A stretch of 64,000 bases of DNA from Octopus bimaculoides (taxonomy: Eukaryota), in contig NC_068981.1 of the NCBI RefSeq assembly GCF_001194135.2, positions 58,482,059-58,546,058 of the forward strand, written 5' to 3'. The translations under genes and the position numbers were made by a program. The first letter of the stretch is position 1, and every line of letters begins with the position of its first letter. Shown one piece after another: positions 12,664 to 25,200 of the stretch. The notes below the pieces were generated by a model. The model ran no database searches. It had not been told where the DNA came from and saw nothing but the letters and a program-made list of their open reading frames with translations.

Positions 12664-12755
12664 ATATTATAATTTAACATTTGCTAGTGACCAGGTAGTT
12701 CATCAACAATTCTTAATGAACCACCTGGTCACTAGCAATGGTTAAATTACAATAT
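12664..12755. repeat. Inverted repeat: 40-bp arms (36/40 match), 12-nt loop
   Basis: atattataatttaacatttgctagtgaccaggtagttcat / atgaaccacctggtcactagcaatggttaaattacaatat. Confidence 0.9.
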
Positions 12756-15700
12756 GATTAAATCATGCCTCTTAATGCTATTAACCATAATTTAGAAATT
12801 CCAAATAGCAAATGAAAGTTTGACCAGAAACTGACTCTGTATTACAGATTCAGTAACTTACTACTACTTCATGGTGCTTGCATTTTATAGTACAAAACTT
12901 GACTAAAATATGATAAAACAATGAAATAATATTCAGATATAAAGCATATGGCATAATTATATGTATACTCCCAGATGACAATGAAATGTAAAAAAGCAAT
13001 AATATAAAGCATAAAAATACTGTCACCTTATGCACAGGTATAGCATGAAAATTAAATTACAAATAAAGTTTCTTAAAATAAAAAGAAAGTAATATCAAGA
13101 GTCAGTGTATTTTGAACTTTACATGTTGTTTATAATTTTTTTAAGTGAAAAAATGTTTCAAAAAGAGATTTTAAAATATGTTGATAATAACAAATTTTAT
13201 TTTTCTATCATTTTTTTTTTTTATAAATTTATTGCAACAAAAGATTGGAAAAAAGTTCCTTTTTCATATATGATTATTACAAAAAATGGTCCTTCCAATT
13301 ATGTATGAAAAATTAAAACTGCATAACAAAAAATAAAATGATATATTTCTTGACAACTACTTTTGAATGTCTAAATGTAAATATTTATTAAATTAACTAT
13401 TATGCTTAAGACAAAATATTACATGAGGCAGTGTTTCAATCTTCATACTTTCTATCAATATATAATAAATACACATTAAAAAACATCTTAAATGTTATTT
13501 GGAACCATAGAAAAAAAAATAATTAATTTAGATATACAGAATATAAGTTTAATTATACAGAACTTTGGTTTTGTTATTTTAATCAATTGCACTCATAGTA
13601 AACTCTAATCTCAACATTATTAGTTTAAATAGTTATTTTAACTATTAAATTATCATTTGTATAAATCATTGAAATGGGAGCAATTGAATTTAAATATATA
13701 CACTTCCCCACCCCTCCAAAACTCAATAAAAGTAATTGGCAACTATTTGGATTCCTGATATCCATCTCTTATCAAGACAAATTTTAGCCAGTATTCTTAT
13801 AAACCACTCTATAATTGAGACTATTCAAAACATATTCCTTGTTTTATTCAAGACTCCTTTTTCAAATTGCCAAAATAACATTTTATCACAGACTATCAGC
13901 ATGCCAAAATGTATTTCTTTGGTGACTTGTTTTTTAATATTTGTATCACAACCCTAAAAGTATAAAATTTCACCTCTACATTGCTTGCAGTTTGACAATT
14001 TCAAATGTTCTTTTTTTATTTTTCTTTCTTTTACAGAAATAACTGCTACCAATTTCCTAGGCATTTTTTCTTTTGTAAAATGATATTTTAACAATATGTA
14101 GTCTTGACTAGATTATGTAATAACCTGAGCACAGTTAGTACTTTAAATATTCTACACTATCTCAAAAACAAAAAATTTGTGTCCAGCCAATATATTTATC
14201 ATATATATTCTAATTGGAGCTATCAGCTAGTCTTAACAATTTATGTCCCACTAATACTGCTGTATTACATCCATAGGAAAGATTTAACTCTTATTAGCCC
14301 AATCCATCTGGAGTGGTACAACTTACTTTATGTACTGAGAATACTGTATATTTGCAAAGTGTTTTGTTGACTTATACTACCAACCTGAAATTCTACAATG
14401 AATGTAGCTTGGAAATATACAATCCTCAAGTCCATAAAGCTAATAATAATTTATTAATGGAAGTAAGTAATTACTTATCACACTTCCATAAGACAAATAA
14501 ACTTGACTGATGTTCCTATTACAACAAAAATAATTTTTTCTATTAATATTCACTTCTATATTTTTGTAATTATCAGATTGACAATCTATGAAAGTAACAT
14601 CAAAGCTAACATTTATTTATAACTTGAAACAAAATACACAAATAAATGAGAATCTGCTGCTGTAATGACCACCATTACATTGTTGAAAGTCATATTTTAC
14701 AGAGCCATTTAGAGAAACCAGCTAAAAGTAATCAAAAACTAAAATTTTGGAAACCTCACTAAATGTTATATATAATGGTCTCTTAGGTAGAAGACCAGCA
14801 ATTTTAGACTAGAACTATTTTTTTTTTATCTGAAAAGGATAAAAGGCAAAGTTAATCTTGTTGAGACTCGAACTGGAACAAATACTGTGAAACATTTTTT
14901 TCTGAAGTTTTAACAATTCTGTCAACTTGCCAAGTTATCCAGAATTAATAATAAAAATTGTAATAATAAAGGAACTGATATGTATGTATATTAAAAAAAA
15001 AAATTAATTTTTTTATTACAGATGTAGTTTAGTTTTATGGAGGGGAAAGAATAGACCTAAGTTATTTCACCTATTCTAGAAAATAAGTTCCTATCAGAAT
15101 CTCTTCGTGATTATTGCTATAAAATAATTTTACTAATAATGTTAATCAGAATTTGCTCTCAATTTGGTCCTTTTCTTAAATAAAAGCAAAATAAAATAAA
15201 ATTTTAGATAGCAATAAATGTACTTTGGTAAACATTTATGAATAAGACTATCAATTATAATAATTATATACAAATTAATATATTTGATGATAATAGATTT
15301 AAATTATAGATGCAATTACAGTAAACACATATATGTGAAAGTTTGAATTTATCAATTCATCTGTTTAATTAGAAATAGCATCTAAATAGAAAAATCAAAC
15401 TCGTTGTTACTCAATTTACATAATATTCTTGTGCTTTAAAATTAAAACAATATAAGTTGCCCAACTTGCTCAATGAACCAACCAAATTCCTTTTAACAAA
15501 CTCTCTGCTACCATCTATAAAACAAGAATCACATGTTTAAGTCAAATTTTAGGACAACATGCCCACAAAGGCAGGTTAACCCAAGTTAAAGCAATGATGG
15601 AACAAATCTTTGATTATCAATCACTGAGCCATAGGCTTACTCAAATAGTGCTGACTGGGCTGCTCAACAACAACAACAGCGACAACAATTAAACAGTACT

Positions 15701-16278
15701 CAATTGTGCCAAGTCTTCCTCTTAGATGAAATCATCTCATAATTTTTCTAGCAAAGGAAATTTTTTCTTCATGACTTGATTATATAAGATTTGATTTTGT
15801 ACAATTAAAGTTTACTTATATAATTGTCAGTGTAGTAAAATGAAACAAGTGCAGTTACTTTTCAATATTTGGTAACACAGTATTCATTTTATTTTTTTAA
15901 TGAGTTTCACTGAATATATTACTCGATATATTCAGCAACATTTAGAAATTTCAAATGACATTTAAATTTCAATAAAATGAAGGCATTAGATTTAATAATT
16001 ATTACATTAAAAACATGGCTTCATCAAGTGATGTTTAAAAAATTTGCGGCTTTTGGTTTTCAATGTCTATATCTACTGTACATAGTAGAAGTGACTAAAA
16101 CACTACTAATTTGCTGATTGATATATTATGTAGTGGTCATTTGATGAGATCAGTTCATTTATAATAAATATCTGTTTGGAATGATCACTGGGAAACACAA
16201 TGTAAAGATTTACTTGACTTGGAATGCATAGACGAACTGCAGGAGAGTTTGAATGACTGACTCTCCACAGTCGTATTA

Positions 16279-19200
16279 TCAGGATTTTACATTTATAAAA
16301 TGCGAAGTTTCTTCAAAATACTGCAGTGACTGAATCTGTAAGAATAGAAAATTATACTTTACTATTTTTATACGGGCTATGTAAAAAAAAAATATTTAAA
16401 AAAATTTTTAAAAAACCATAAAATTTTAACCCTTTAACATTCAGGTTACTCTGTCAAATATGCTTAGTTATTCACAATGTTTTGAACGAAATCATGCATT
16501 ATCTCTTAGCTTCAAGATTTTGATGATGTGATTGTTTATTTTTAGAATGATATTGAAGGGTAGGTGTAAGAAGCTGGATCTGGTCAGTTTGAATAGAAAA
16601 CAGGTAGGATATTTGAGCCAGATATGACTGGTTTAAATGCTAAAGGGTTAAGAAAGAAAGATAAATTTTCTGAAGAATGCTTTATCAGTAAATTGCATGT
16701 AAATGTCATCATAATCAATCAGAGACAGACTACTCACAATATTCAATAGAATGTGTTAATGTGAAATTTCCACAAACACTTATACAGTCCTATCAGACAA
16801 TTCTATTACATCATGGAACAATAACAGGGCTCAATTTGACCCCTACTCAATTAACTTGATTATACTTCAGATAGGTTATGTGCCTCACACTTTCTGAATG
16901 TACTATTCACTGTTAAAACCAAGTACATGCATTCCTACATAAATGATACTATTGCTCACTCCATTCTAACATTCTATGCATGGCTGTTATCCACAAACAA
17001 TCCAGACACATTCCACTCAATTTACATAACCTCCTAAAGCAGAAACCTTGTAAACAACTCATAAGGGGTACATAAATTTAAAGTCTTATTTAAAAGTACC
17101 ATGACAGATACACATATACCAGGAAGACTCACCTGCAATCCTACACTTTCCCAACATGCAAACAACATGCAAAATATTTCATACTCAATGTCTCTAATAC
17201 CATTTCATGTTCATCACACATGTATTACGTAGCTGAGACTATTGTTTCATCTTCAGCATTACAAAATCTTTCTGCTTTGAACAGTTGTTGAGTTTTATTT
17301 AAAAGCAATGCTAAAGAGTGAGTAAAGTAAATACTAGCCTTGTCTTTCAGTTGCTGTAATTGTTGAATTGCAAGAGTAAACAACATAATGGCTTCATTTA
17401 ACCACTTTACAGTACATTCGACCTGAAAAGGTTTGGTAACATTAGGTTTATAATTTACACTGAATTATAAAAGATAGTCATTCAATGATAGGCTAATTAA
17501 ACAAGAGAAAAAATATATTGATTATCAGGCTACATAGAATATTCTGCCTGATTTTTAGTATTTATTTGAAAGTACATATTTAATATTGCAAACTTAATTA
17601 TCTGTAAAAGTTTCTTAATTTTGTATCACTTCTTCCCATTGTAAGTTTTTCAGTATCTAATTTGAAAAATGCCTTGAGTTTTGAATTAAGATATACATTT
17701 AATTCATTTTCTATGTCTTCCCTGCTGTCTTTCCTCATCTAAATAAATACAAGTCTAACAGAGCAAGATCTGGGGAGTATGGAGAGAATCCAAACAATTC
17801 CAGAACATTTTTATTGACTTGTGTGGTGTGAAGTTGAGCATTTTCTTAATGAAAGAGACCCCACCACAGGCTCCTCTGTAGAATATTAAGGCAAGACATT
17901 TTCCTTCCAAAGCAGTCTTCAAATCTTTGTTTTGAGTTTAAAGATTAAATTTGATTAGAAGGAAGATAAATTTTATAGTACAAGAAGTTAGGTGAAAATG
18001 TTCTTGGGTAGCCTAAGGAAACATACACTCAGTCAAGTCTGGGATGACTGAGAAGTGAATTATAAATAACCGAAGCAACTAACATAGATGATTACCATGA
18101 GTAGGTTTCAATAATCCTTCACTGACCAAGCTTCAAATGAAATACATTGGCAGTGTTTCGATTAATTTTGAAAATAATGAAGAATTTAGACAAGAAGGAA
18201 TTCTAACCACGTTTCGTGGTTCACTACCTCAACAGCTCTTTTATAGGATCCAGTGGCTAAAGACATCATCAGGAGGAACCACATCCAGTTCCGGCCCCTA
18301 CTCCTCTACCATTTTTGACGTGGCGGATCCCCCCCACTTTTGGAGGTGTCTTCAGCCCTGGTGTTGAGTGCGTTTCTTCTTTCTCCATTTTTTTTTGTTC
18401 TTTAGTTTCTTTGATGCAACACCAACGAATATCAGTGGGAAAATGACCATCCTGCCAAATTTCCCTTTATATACTCGCCAGTAGGCTCCAACAGCTAGCA
18501 CCAGCTGTTACATGACACTGTCTAAGCTTCAACTAACCAATGGAGGGGAAGGGCACATCGTTTTAGCCCGTGCCCTCTCTAAACCTGCCTTCCAACAGTG
18601 TCATGTTAGACAGATATAATAAAATAAAAATACTATTTGTCATCAAGTTGGTATATGGAAGACAAAAGGTTCAACATTTAATAATTATTACATTTCTTAT
18701 ATTCCATATTTAAATCAAGCAGCACATAAATATTTAGCTCTTAGCTACAACATTCAAGTACAAAAATGATAATATACTATTATATATTTAAAACAAATCA
18801 AACCATGCAACCAAAAAGATTACATTTGAGAAAAAGTAAAGCTTCTCAGCAATGTGATCTTTATATCTGCAAGTTTTTCTGTTTTAAAAGTAAACATGTT
18901 TTGCTATTCAATCTCAGTTAAGAATAAGAAAATTGTAATAAATAACAAAGAAAATTTAGAGCAAAGAAAGGTGTAAAGTGTAAAATATAAGCTTCTATAT
19001 TGGAACACAGCATAAAAAAAAAACTCTCAAAATGAAAAATTAATGAATTTTTAACCCTTTAGATTCAGATTATTCTATCAACTACAATGCTTATTTATTC
19101 ATATTGTTTTGAATTAATCTTGTAACTTTGAGGTTTCAATGAGATTTAGAATGACATTGTAGGATCGGTGTGAAAGACCAGATCTGGCCATTTTGAAAAT

Positions 19201-22200
19201 AAAACAAAGAATATATGGGCCTGATATGGCTTGCTTAAATGCTAAAGGGTTAAACCATCATGATGAATTGAAAATAAATATCATTACAACACTAAACCAT
19301 CATTTTCTAATAAAAAAGTTTTTTAAATAAAAAAATTTATATACCTGGTGTCGTGACAAAACTTCTATTTTTTGATTGTTGCGATGTATCTGATACAGAG
19401 CAAGTATCAATTTGGATGTATGGATGTAAAAACTTAAAGCAACAGTATTTGGTACAGCTGGGTGAAATACTTGCTAAATGGTAAAAACAAAATTAAAAAG
19501 GTCAAATTATTTCATACTCCAATAAACTATTGGATTGATAATAGTGATGAAACATTATAACGCATGGCTTCTGCTCTGTTTAGCATTCTTAAAATGATAT
19601 CAAAAGTAATTTAAATTTCAGTTTCTTTTAATTTGATGTAATCTAAGGTTATTCATTAGTTATTTGCAATTCATTCCATACAGTGAGACTATTTTATATG
19701 CATGTTTCCTTGTGATTCTTGCTTAATATTAGTAGCATTACACATTTGAAGAAGATGCCAAACTAGAATACTGTGGATGAAAACTAATAGAATATTTTTA
19801 TAGAAATTAGAAAGCATTTTCAAGAAATATTAAATAAAGTTTATTACTAAATTTAATACTAAATTAATAATAAACAATAATTGATAATTAAATAATTATT
19901 TAGATAATCATTAGGAACACATTTCTTTGTAATTACTTAATGAATTAATAACATTAGAATATAATTTCCTCTTTCACTGAAAAAGAATATTTTCAGTATC
20001 CTAGCTTATTTCACTTTAAGCTTTTTATAAAATTTATTCCAAGTGTCATAACTTAACATCAAAATCAACTGACTTGAGTTAAAACATTAAAGCAATTTAT
20101 AAATGGATGAAACATATTAAGATATAAATCAAAACTTTTACACATTAATTCAAATTTATGTTGTTTAAATCCAGAGGAGTCCATATGAAGGAGATTAGGA
20201 GTCATGAAAATCCAGTCTTTTTTGTTAAGAATAATGTATCTAGAACTACATTATTCAATGAGGCTTGTTTTATAAGAGTGGCCTAATTTAAGGAAGATTC
20301 TCATGTTTATTCCTAGCAAACAACCAACCAAGTAGAGGTTTTCTAATTATAAGATGTTGAGCAATATAACAATGTTTATTAAAATTATTAGCTCAAAAGA
20401 AAAGAGATATTTTCAAGTAGCAAGTAAACTTCACATAGTAGAAATAATAGCTTGCTGGTTGACAATTCATTAAATTGTTCAAACAGCTATCCCAAGATTA
20501 CTTTCAATTAAAATTTTGTCATAACTTTGTTTAAAGATGAAATTCTTATCTGTATCAGCGGATAGATTTTTCTGGAATTACAATCTCAGTCATTTAAATC
20601 ATATTAAACTCAATAATGCATTATATTTAAATATTCATCAAACAAATTATTTTCTAATTGATGCATGTATTAAATAAAACCTGATTTCCAGATTTCTTAA
20701 CTAAAGTCTCAAATAATTACTGTCTTCTGGAGATTAAACAAAAGTAGCAAAACAAAGAACTATCAGAAAATGCTTATTAAAAGCTTGAAATAGTCCTGAA
20801 GGTATAAATGAATATTAATAGTCCAGATAATAAAACACAATTCCTTAAGAAGTAAATCAATCTAAACCAAATCTTACCATATTTTGATTATTTAACAATT
20901 CTTCAACAGATTTACGACGAGGAAATGTCAAACAAGTCCTTCCTTTTTTAATACTTTCCATGACTTCATCAATAAACTGAAAATTCAGAATAACAAAAAA
21001 GGAGTTCAGTATGTTACATTTTAAGACAATTTTTGTTTGTTTTTGGTTTCATTTCTCTTATTTTTAATATATTTACTTTCTACTTCTCTTGTTTGTTTAT
21101 CTTTTTTAAGAAGACAAGGACAGGGGTGGTGTGCCATTCACTATGATCTTTCATAATATGTGTAGGTTTTAAATTAGACTGTATATACATTTATTTACAG
21201 GCACAAATATGCATATATTAAAAAATCCATCTATATACAGGATGGCCCAAAAGTAGGTTTACAGTTATTCAACTATATTTTTCGCATTGATATATTAACA
21301 GCTTAGATCTTAATCATAAAAAAATATGAAACCATTATTCTATGCTAATTTAGTTAATTGTAAGATAGAAATTTAAATGTAATAAAATGCTTTAAAAGAA
21401 ATTTAAAGTGCTTACGTGATAACTGTAAACCTACTTTTGGGCCACCCTGTATTTGTATATATACAATTTTTACAGATGCAATGTAATACATTTATGGAGG
21501 TGAAAGATGTACATATATCTATATATAACAAAGCATGGCTGAGTGGTAAGAAGTTTGCTTCCCAATCACCTAGTTCCAGGTCCAATTCCATTGCATGACA
21601 CCTTGGACAACTATCTTCAGCTATAGCCCCAGACCAACCCAAAGCTTCGTGGTGGATTTGGTAGACAGAAATTGCAAGAATTTGATGTGTGTCAGTCTCC
21701 TTGCGATATAGTGTGATAGCTCCAATGGGGAAATATTACCATACTTGAAAACAAGTGAGGATTAGTGAAAGGAAGAGCATCAGGCCATAGAAAATCCAAC
21801 TCAACAAAATTCCACTTGACCCATGCAAGCATGAAAAAGTGGATGTAAAAACAATGATGACTACAAATACCAATATAATAAAATTTTCAATAAATCTAAA
21901 TTTGTTTCAATCTCCAGTCATTATCCTATTGAAACAGTAAAAAAAATCTCACTATAACAAAATTCATCACAACAAATATTTCAGTTCAAGCAGCCAAAAT
22001 AATTTTTGAGACAAGAATCCTTTAAAGATAACTGTACAAACAATATTGATCAGAGAACAATGTAATAGTCAGCTTTCTGAAATCAGTCTTCACCAATTCT
22101 TTCTGTGTCTTCCTCTTTCACAGGGTCTAAATGAACTTAAGATCATTTGCCACTTTTTACCTGTCATCCTCCATACACAGCACATGTCCATACCAGCTCA

Positions 22201-25200
22201 ATCTTCTCTTGAGCATGCATTTCATTCCCCTTATGTGTGTGTGTCTGTATGCATGTGCTAAATTGCATGCAAGTGAGGATTTACGTATGCTAATGTTTTG
22301 TGTGTGTAGCACAGTACTTGGCACGTTTGAAAATTTGAACTCATCAGCAAATTTTTGTTTATCAGTTGTTAAGTAACTCTACTGCTCTGTGCAGGATTGT
22401 CACATCACAAATCTGGTCTGTGCATGAGTGTGATATGGTAGTTGCTGATCAAATGTCGAGAGACACTCAACTGATTTAGTGCAAGTGATGTTATGTTTTT
22501 TTCTGATTCAACAGGAGCACACACACACACACACAAACAGAGTCACACTTAAGTTGATGAAGTTATATGTATACATCACTATGTGCTGTATCTATGTAGT
22601 GCAGTAGTCAAGCCAAAGTTACTCCAATTTTATATTTGACATCTTACCAAAAGTATTTAGAATTTTAGCTACATTTTTGAAAACAAAAAAAAAGGGTAGG
22701 GCTGAAGAAAGGAAGATTTTGATCTCACATTAGTAATTTGAACAACAATCTAGAAGATCCTACTTCAACATATTTCCCCCTCTAGCTAAGCTCTTTTCTC
22801 TAATTTATTTGAATACAGGTACAGCACTATTTATCCATTTTAGTTGACATAAGTTTTCATAAGATCAGGGCTTAAAGTGTTAATCTAAAAAGTGAAAGAA
22901 ACTTAATTTAAAATTACCAAAGTAACTTCTCTGACAGACTTAAAAGCATAATTTTCTTTTAAAGATATGCAATATGCTGCAGATTTTAGATGGTTGTATG
23001 CATCTTGAATCTGAAAATAAAAATATCAGCAAGTTACTATTAAACTACATCTTAACAAATAGTGTTTGAATATCATTCAACTTTTTCAAAGAAAGAAAGA
23101 AAAAAAATCAAAATATGATAATGTTTATTTTCAAGATTGAGTGTTACTACCTATAAATATTTGCAATATTTTCTTCAGGTTTTAGTTAAAGGAAGAATCT
23201 CAATGTTCATCATCAGAATGTTGGCTGATGCCTATAGGGAAAATGTGAACAAAGATTGAGTCCTAAAGTACTGCAGCACTCATGATAAAGATTTGAGTAA
23301 GGTGCGTAGTATGGATAATTTGAGAACAGGCAGATTAATCAGGTAAGCATGGTTGGGATAGTGCATGCTTACTTTTGGTTTAGAGAAACAGGAACTGTTC
23401 TAGTAATGGCAGAAGAGACAGAGAATATATAGTGTTTGTGTGCAATTGGTTAAAGTGTGTGAGTGAGTTACACAACCAGTTGAATGGGGCTTTTTTTTAA
23501 GAAGTTTAAAAGTTAATTGCATGAGTAGCAGCTGTTCCATCTCAGATAAGTAAGGCAGCGAGCTGGCAGAAACGTTAGCGCACCGGGCGAAATGCTTAGC
23601 GGTATTTCGTCTGCCGTTATGTTCTGAGTTCAAATTCCGCCAAAGTCAACTTTGCCTTTCATCCTTTTGGGGTCAATAAATAAAGTACCAGCTACGCACT
23701 AGGGTTGATGTAATCGACTTAATCCCTTTGTTTGTCCCCTCTATGTTTAGCCTCTTGTGAGCAATAAAGAAATAAGATAAGTGTGTAACATGTTAGTGTG
23801 GGATATATTTAGACTTTGTATTGGATCAGCAGATATTCAAAGTTGAAATAGTTTCTGCTCTGAAAAGATTACCTAGTCATTGTGATGCAGTTTTGGTTTT
23901 GTAATACATAAGTGAACTACATCAGTGATCACTAAATTTTTTTTACAGACTTTCTTTCTTTTTAAAATTAAAAAAAAAAAGAATTGTAAACACTATCAGA
24001 AATCTCAGAACTTTTAGCAACCCTGAATTCATTGTTAATATTATTACAAAAAAACTACTCTTTAATGTTGTTTAAAAAAAAAAAAGAAAAGGTTTTTGAC
24101 TTGAATAATAGGTAATAATGAAGATTTTGCAAAATGCAATTAAGAAAAGTTAATCAAAGAGCTGAGTGAATTCTGAAGTGAAAATATAGTTTGTAAAATA
24201 TATAAAAATAAAACAAATGATGAATTAAAATAAATAGTTTGCCAGTCATTTTCTTTCTTATTCTACTTGAAAGATTTTATAAAACAGTTAATTTACTAAG
24301 TTGTATAACTTAATGAATGAGCAAATAAAGACTTACTTGCTGTAATTTCCAGGGTAAACTCTGATGTATCGAAGTCTTGAATAAACTATGATGGTTTCCT
24401 TGTTTATGTTTGAAGTTTATATCCTGGTTAGGTTATTAAAAAGAATTAAAAAGAAAATTTAACAAAACTGATTTAGAAAATTCTTTTTGATAATATAAAT
24501 ATATTATTTTATTACATCATTATTTTAATGACACATGGAAAAAAATCATTGACTGCTCAAAATTGGACATAATTCATTTGTAAACATGGACAATGCAAGA
24601 GAATTATTGAGAGTGTAAAAGCTACATTTATAATAACCTAATGCTACCTAACATTACAGAAATCTCCACAACTAAATTCTTGTCCCTTACCTAAAGGATG
24701 TCTTTCAAGTTTCTTGAATACTCCTATTTTTCTCTAGTCCGCCTTAATAAATTACACAATAAGCCACTCTTCTTTATTTCACAGTTGATTTTACATCCAC
24801 AACAAAACTATTGCCAAAACGTCCCGTCCATAGCCTTCTCTCACCATCACATCAAGCACATAAGTGCCAAGTGAATTTGATGTTACTAAAAGTTCCCCAG
24901 GAATGCAATTTCTCAATCTTCAGTAAATGTCCCATTGAGCTCAGATCTAATAACTTTAATAGAGAACTAATCTTTGAAAAAGCAGTTTACATAAAAACTT
25001 GCAATTTTTTTCAGTGATTTCCACATATACCAGTTGCACAAAAGCAGGCTTACAAAAGACTAAGTTTCTTATCTTACATTACAGAGCTCTTGTAAAAACT
25101 TTGGAAAAACAAAATAGTGGTTGTGACATAACAAAAGACTTCAATTGCATCTGACAGGGCTATAAAAGGTAAAATATGATCTTTATTTTTTATGAATACA

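Noticed and set aside
18215-18245. U7-like ACAGCTCTTTTA on plus, let-7-like TGAGGTAGT on minus, and hammerhead-like CTGATGA..GAAAC
   Set aside because: No U7 Sm site or 3' hairpin follows; the sequence diverges from let-7 right after the seed; the hammerhead stems cannot be formed.
18255-18300. Antizyme-like +1 frameshift site (TCC TGA T) at the end of the 39-aa ORF
   Set aside because: The +1 frame closes after 9 codons (DDVFSHWIL*), and the GPxWCS context and antizyme ORF2 motifs are absent.
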